NCBI GenBank assembly: GCA_947627295.1
Contig: CANQVJ010000004.1
Coordinates: 70,951-134,950, forward strand
From: an uncultured Clostridia bacterium
GTDB lineage: Bacteria; Bacillota; Clostridia; TANB77; CAG-508
DNA: 64,000 bases
Direction: 5' to 3'
The translations under genes were made by a program, and so were the position numbers. Positions 63,252 to 64,000 of this stretch are shown piece by piece. Position 1 is the stretch's first letter. Each line of letters opens with the position of its first letter. The notes below the pieces were generated by a model that worked only from the letters and a program-made list of their open reading frames with translations, made no database searches and was not told the DNA's origin.

Positions 63252-63854
63252 TTAATTATTTACTGTTGTTTGGCCTTTTTCAGGCATTACTTGTAGGTCT
63301 GAAACTTTTATGTAATGATATTCTTGGCCTTGGTCGTCTCCTTTTGCTAGTTGTCCTTTTACTTTTAACCAACTATCTTCTTTTATTAATTGTGGTTTGT
63401 TTGCACTATCCCACTCATATTCTAAGTATGTTACTCCTGCTGGGCAGTCTGGGCAAAGATTTGAAGTTGTATATCTTCCAACAAATGTGTATTTTCCGTT
63501 TTCAAAATATAGCCCTTCAAGTTCTATTGTTTTTCCTTCATATTTTGAAAAATTTGTATTTATATCTGCTATTTGTGTATCAAAATATTTATCTCCCAAA
63601 ACTACATCTGCTTGCACATTGCTTGCTTCAGCTGGTTGTGCTTCTGGTGCAGGTTCTGGTGAAGTAGCTGCAGGCTCTGCTGATTCTTCTGCCGGTGTTG
63701 CTTCTGCTGTTGCTAAAGCTGGGGCTGGCGCTTCGTTTTGTTTAGCAACTTGTTGTTGTTCCTTTTTACTTTGCCCCCATACTACAAAAAATACTATTAT
63801 TCCTATTATTAGCACTGCTAATATTGATATATATATAATTTTTTTCTTACTCAT
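63252..63854 (-). CDS. hypothetical signal-anchored protein with a Pro/Ala/Glu-rich linker and a CxxC-containing C-domain
   Basis: N-terminal TM IIYISILAVLIIGIIVFFVVW, PAPALATAEATPAEE linker, LCPDCPAG motif. RBS AGGAGGAA. Confidence 0.45.
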   Translation of the reverse strand: MSKKKIIYISILAVLIIGIIVFFVVWGQSKKEQQQVAKQNEAPAPALATAEATPAEESAEPAATSPEPAPEAQPAEASNVQADVVLGDKYFDTQIADINTNFSKYEGKTIELEGLYFENGKYTFVGRYTTSNLCPDCPAGVTYLEYEWDSANKPQLIKEDSWLKVKGQLAKGDDQGQEYHYIKVSDLQVMPEKGQTTVNN

Positions 63855-64000
63855 TTTTTCCTCCTATTCGCTATACACAATTTTTTCTATTAATGTGAAT
63901 ATTATAAATATTACTAGGTTTACCAACACTATTGTTGAACCTGTGCTTATGTTGTATAAGTATGATAGATAAATTCCTATCAAAAATGCGCAAACACTGA

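Overview
This is a low-GC (about 30% GC) chromosomal segment of a Firmicutes/Clostridia type, transcribed almost entirely on the minus strand. TGA is used as a stop codon. Core genes present include polA, an RluA-family synthase, uvrC, glmS with its ribozyme, ftsY, hemW, a short whiA, prmC, rnpB, der-plsY-gpsA, pyk, pgi, tyrS, rel, typA, plsC, cmk, rlmN, hrcA-grpE-dnaK-dnaJ with a CIRCE operator, a ROK glucokinase, rnj, tRNA-Met and tRNA-Gly. Two regions stand out. The first is a tRNA-Met to tRNA-Gly islet carrying HicAB, an SPFH/zinc-ribbon/membrane module and a small hydrophobic-peptide gene. The second is a 10.4-kb, 11-gene type IV pilus operon (pilMN fusion, pilO-like, unknown, two tandem pilA paralogues, pilD, two minor pilins, pilB, pilT, pilC) in which all four pilin-like proteins lack the canonical Glu5. 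Downstream of that operon lie two promoter/terminator-delimited candidate sRNAs, a doubly frameshifted rsmB, DUF3800, an orphan DUF2442, a 4 x 34-bp tandem repeat and an AAA_14/DUF4143 ATPase behind a direct-repeat operator. At least 16 genes carry single-base frameshifts, and every one I could localise falls within a few bases of a CCG/CGG-containing site. That points to a systematic, possibly methylation-linked, sequencing artefact rather than gene decay, although rsmB may be a real pseudogene. No transposase, integrase, prophage or CRISPR array was seen.
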